A program made the translations under genes and the position numbers. Positions 59,796 through 64,000 of a stretch of 64,000 nucleotides of DNA are shown here, in pieces (positions within the stretch are counted from its first letter, which is position 1; each line of letters opens with the position of its first letter). The stretch comes from Squalus acanthias (Eukaryota). The notes below the pieces were generated by a model. It searched no databases, was not told the DNA's origin, and was given only the letters and a program-made list of their open reading frames with translations. The DNA is taken from assembly GCA_030390025.1 (NCBI GenBank), contig CM059432.1, positions 50,966,001-51,030,000 on the forward strand. Reading direction: 5' to 3'.

Positions 59796-60240
59796 TCTCA
59801 GAGGCCATCCTTTACCATCCGAGGCCTTGCAAGCGTCCAGCAGCACTTCCTGCACACTTAAATTTTTAACATGTATTGCATCAAAAAAAATCCAGTCCAA
59901 AAGCTTAAATGCAAATTTTTCTGAAAGATGTGTGTGTACCTTTAAGAGGTGTTGACAGCATCTCTGTCAGTCTGCTGAATGCTGGGTTTTCATAGCGAGC
60001 TTAGGACCCAGCGCTTAACTCATCGCTAATGTTGAGGTTTGCTGAGGTGACGTTAAGTTGGCATGCACGTCACCCTCTCCACTTACGTCCATGGTCAGCG
60101 CTGCTGATAGCAGTGCTAAGGCCCTCACCAAAATGGTGGCCACCGAGTCCCGTGCCAGAGAAGTCACTAGAGTAAAGGCCGCCATTTTCTGCCAGGACAG
60201 CGGCGGTAACTCATGGTGGTAAGTGGCCCAATTTCTAGGC

Positions 60241-62205
60241 CACAGAAACTTACAGCATAGGAGGCCATTCGGCCCATCATGCCTGCCCTGGCTCTTGGAA
60301 AGAGTAGTCGTGATAACTCCCACACCCCCACTTTTTGTCCGTAACCCTGTAAGTTTCTCATCCTCAAGTACCTGTCCAACTCTCTTTTGAAATTATTCAT
60401 GGAATCAGCTTATACCACCTTTTCAGGTAGAGCATTCCAGATCCTGAAAAATATTCTCCTGATCTCCCCTCTAGATCTTTTGCCAATGATTTTAAATCTA
60501 TGATCTCCGGTTATTGACCTACTCGCCAAAGAGAATAGTTTTTTCTATCTACTCTATCCAAACCTCTCATCATCTTGAAAACCTCCATTAGGTCACCTCT
60601 TAACCTTCTCTGTTCCAAGGAGAACAGTGTTAATTTTTCCAACCTCTCCTCATAACTGAAGTCCCACATTAATGACCTGGATCAGGGAGTCGGATGCAGC
60701 ATTTCCAAATTTGCAGACGACACTAAACTAGGAGGGGGGGTGGGCTCAGAGGAGGAGACCAGGAAGCTCCAGAGCGATTTGGACAGACTGGGTGATTGGG
60801 CGGATAAATGGCAGATGCACTATAATGTGGACAAGTGCGAAGTTATCCACCTTGGGTGCAGGAAAGGGAGGGCAAATTATTATTTAAATGGCAATAAATT
60901 GGGAGAGGGGGAAGTACAGAGAGACCTGGGTGTTCTTGTACACCAGTCACTGAAGGCGAGCATGCAGGTGCAACAGGCGATCAAGAAGGCAAACGGTATG
61001 CTGGCCTTCATAGCAAAAGGGTTGGAATACAGGAACAGGGATACCTTGCTGCAGCTGTACAGGGCACTGGTGAGACCACACCTCGAGTACTGTGTACAGT
61101 TTTGGTCGCCTCATCTGAGGAAAGATGTTCTTGCCATGGAGGGGGTGCAGCGGCGATTCACCAGGCTGATACCAGGAATGGCGGGATTGACCTATGAGGA
61201 GAGACTATGTAGTTTAGGGATGTACACACTGGAGTTTAGAAGATTGAGAGGGGACCTCATAGAAGTGTATAAAATTCTGACAGGTCTAGACAGACTAGAT
61301 GCAGAAGGAATGTTTCCCTTGGCGGGTGAGAACAGAACTAGAGGACATAATTTAAGGATAAGGGCTAAACCATTTAGGACAGAAATGAGGGGGAATTTCT
61401 TCACTCAGAGGGTGGTGAACCTGTGGAACTCATTGCCACAGAGGGCAGTGTACGCCAGCTCATTAAATATATTTAAGAGGGAATTAGATGTATTTCTACA
61501 GGCAAAAGGGGTTAAGGGTTACGGAGAGAAGGCGGGGACGGGATACTGAATTGGAGGATCAGCCATGATCTCATTAAATGGCGGAGCAGGCTCGAAGGGC
61601 CGGATGGCCTACTCCTGCTCCTATCTTCTATGTATCTATGTATGTATCCCTGGTAACATCCTGGTAAATCTCCTCTGTACCCTTTCTAAGGCCTTTACAT
61701 CTTTCCTGAAGTGTGGTGCTTAGAATTGTCCACAATACTCTAGCTTCGACCTACCCAGTGATTTATAAAGTTCCAGCATGATCTCTTTGCTTTTATATTC
61801 TATGCCTCTATTTACAAACCCAAATAACCCATATGCTTTTTTAACCACCTTATCAACTTGCCCTGCCACCTTTAAGGATTTGTGTATATGGACACCAAGG
61901 TCTCTCTGCTCAGCTACACTTTCCAAAATTGTACCATTTATAGTGTACCATCCTTCCATATTAGTCCTCTCAAAGTGTATCACTTCACACTTCTCTGCGT
62001 TGAACTCCATCTGCCATGCTTCTGCCCATTTCACCACCCTGAAGTCTTCAACTATCCTCATCACTATCTACTACTTTGCAAAGTTTTGTATCATCTGCAA
62101 TCTTTATAATGCTGCTCCATACACCTGAGTCTAGGTCATTTATCAAAATTATAAAGAGCAAGGGACCCAAAACTAACCCTTGGGGAACACCACTGCAAAC
62201 TACCA
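60241..62205 (-). mobile_element. Older CR1 3' part, interrupted by a young CR1
   Basis: ORF 61720-62064; 3' UTR near 60250; host sequence rejoins across 60665/61647. Confidence 0.9.
60666..61646 (+). mobile_element. Young CR1, 5'-truncated, stop-free RT C-terminal frame (60668-61549)
   Basis: INDLDQG...[10 protein letters not shown] through WNSLPQ; (TATG)n tail. Confidence 0.96.
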
Positions 62206-62214
62206 TGCATCAGT

Positions 62215-63650
62215 AGTGTTCAGGACTCCTTTCTTACTCAGTACGCAAGAAGCCCAAGAGAGGAATCACTGCTGGATCTAGTAATGGGAAATGAAACAGG
62301 GCAGATAAAAGTAGTCAGCGTAGGTGAACATCTAGGCAATAATGATCACAACAGTTTAAAGTAATGACTGATAAAGACATAAGACAAAGGCCAAAGTAAT
62401 ATATTGGGAAAAAACTAATTGAGGGGATGAGAATGGAACTAGGAAAGGTAAACTGGAAATAAAAATTGTCATAGAGATAGAACAGCAGTTTGAAATATTT
62501 AAAACAGTGATCAAGAGTGTTCAGGAGAAATATATTCCTCTAAAAACAAGAACAAACTAGTCAATAATGAAACACCATGGGTGAATAAAAAGACAATGGT
62601 AACATTGAAACTAATGAAGAAAGCATACACTAAATACATAGACAATAAGGGAATGGATGACAAAAGGGAATACAAAAAGGTTAGGAAAGAAGTCCAAAAA
62701 ACAATTAGGAAACTACAAAATTTAATTATCAAGGAATATAAAAAGAAACAGTAATGTATTCTACAGACACATCAACAACAAAAGAAAATCAGGATAGAGA
62801 TAGGGCCACTAAGGGATGCACAACCTAAACTCATAGGTAATGATAGCAAAACAGCAGAAATATTGAATAGTTAGTTTGCCTCAGTATTTACCAGGAAGAC
62901 TGACAAGGTGGGTATGACAGTAGAAGAAGAGATCAAAAAAGATAAAGACATTTAAGATAGAAAGGGGGAGATAATTGATAAACTAATCAAACGTAGCGAG
63001 GATAAAACATCTGGTCCGGATGGATTGTATCGCACATATTAAAAGAAATTAGGGAAGAGATAGCAGAGGCACTATTACATATATATATAACAAATCATTA
63101 GAAAAGGGAATAGTACCAGAGGACTGATGGACAGCTAATATTATTCCTATATTTAAAAAAAGGGAGATGAAACAAGTCCAAGGAAATATAGACCAGTTAG
63201 CATATCGTCGATGGTAGGAAAGATAATAGGATCTTTACTCAAAGATGTAATAGAAAAACCATCTAGAAACCATAACTATAATAGAGTAGTCAACACGGAT
63301 TTCAAAAGGGAGGGTTATGCTTGACCAACCTTATTGAATTCTTTGAAGAAGTTAACAGGAAGAGCAGACAAGGGTAATGTAATAGATGTAATATATTTGG
63401 ATTTTCAAAAGCCCTTATATTAGTAGACTCATGACTTAAGGTCAGAGCATGTGGAGTAAGGGGACAGGTGGCAAGCTGGCTGCAAAACAGAAACAGAGAG
63501 TAAGGGTAAAGGGTAGTTACTCAGACTGGCAAAAGGTGGGAAGTGGTGTTCCACAGGGATCAGTGCGGAGAACACTGCTGCTCAAAATTTACATTCCCGA
63601 TTTGGGCTCCGGAATCGTAAGTACAATTTGCAGATGACACCAAATTGGGG
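62215..63650 (+). mobile_element. Decayed CR1 fragment (endonuclease end to RT core)
   Basis: LLDLVMGN, NDHN, YRPVS, YLDFQK, GSGVPQGSV and ADDTKLG remnants with many frameshifts. Confidence 0.88.
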
Positions 63651-63686
63651 GGGGGGGGCGGTGGAGGGAGGTGTAGTTTTTTAAAA

Positions 63687-64000
63687 TTTGTTTACGGGAT
63701 CAGGGCGTTGCTGGCAATGCCAGCATTTATTGCCCATCCCTAGTTGCCCTTGAGAAGTTGGTGGTGAGCCGCCTTCTTGAACTGCTGCAGTCCACGTGGT
63801 GAAGGTACTCCCACAGTGCTGTTAGGTAGGGAGTTCCAGGATTTTGACCCAGCAACGATGAAGGATCGGCAATATACTTCTAAGTCAGGATGGTGTGTGA
63901 CTTGGAGGTGGTGGTGTTCCCATGCGCCTGCTGCCCTTGTCCTTCTAGGTGGAAGAGGTCGCGGGTTTTGGAGTTGCTGCAGTGCATCTTGTAGATGGTA
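63687..64000 (-). mobile_element. LINE-B 3' fragment running off the window
   Basis: Close match to 53335-53680 with small deletions. Confidence 0.9.

Noticed and set aside
60241..63650. Head-to-head CR1 pieces as a single twin-primed insertion
   Set aside because: The overlapping GVPQG-ADDTK regions of the two pieces differ strongly at nucleotide level, indicating different subfamilies.

Overview
Eukaryotic, repeat-dense, apparently non-genic DNA. The repeat families point to a cartilaginous fish (shark/ray); this is an inference and the species cannot be determined. No host protein-coding exon could be supported. The window is a nested mosaic of CR1 LINEs (two young 5'-truncated copies with uninterrupted RT frames), RTE and L2 LINE pieces, many PIF/Harbinger elements (decayed transposase plus Myb/SANT genes, and MITEs), a hAT MITE, solo LTRs, tRNA-derived SINEs, Penelope-like fragments (one with an intact-looking minimal hammerhead ribozyme) and a 26-bp CpG-rich minisatellite. 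The most interesting observation is a reconstructable, near full-length LINE at 53325-59089 (minus strand, about 3.3 kb after removing three nested insertions), called LINE-B here. It (i) begins with a tRNA-Ser-like Pol III A/B-box head, (ii) has a single endonuclease-RT ORF and no ORF1, (iii) has no TTTT Pol III terminator on its sense strand by manual scan, and (iv) has no usable in-frame AUG, but carries an anticodon-loop-like hairpin that can pair with an in-frame codon, reminiscent of dicistrovirus IGR-IRES pseudoknot I. Together these suggest a Pol III-transcribed, cap- and AUG-independent autonomous retrotransposon whose deletion derivatives are SINEs. That model is a hypothesis and its novelty must be checked against repeat databases.
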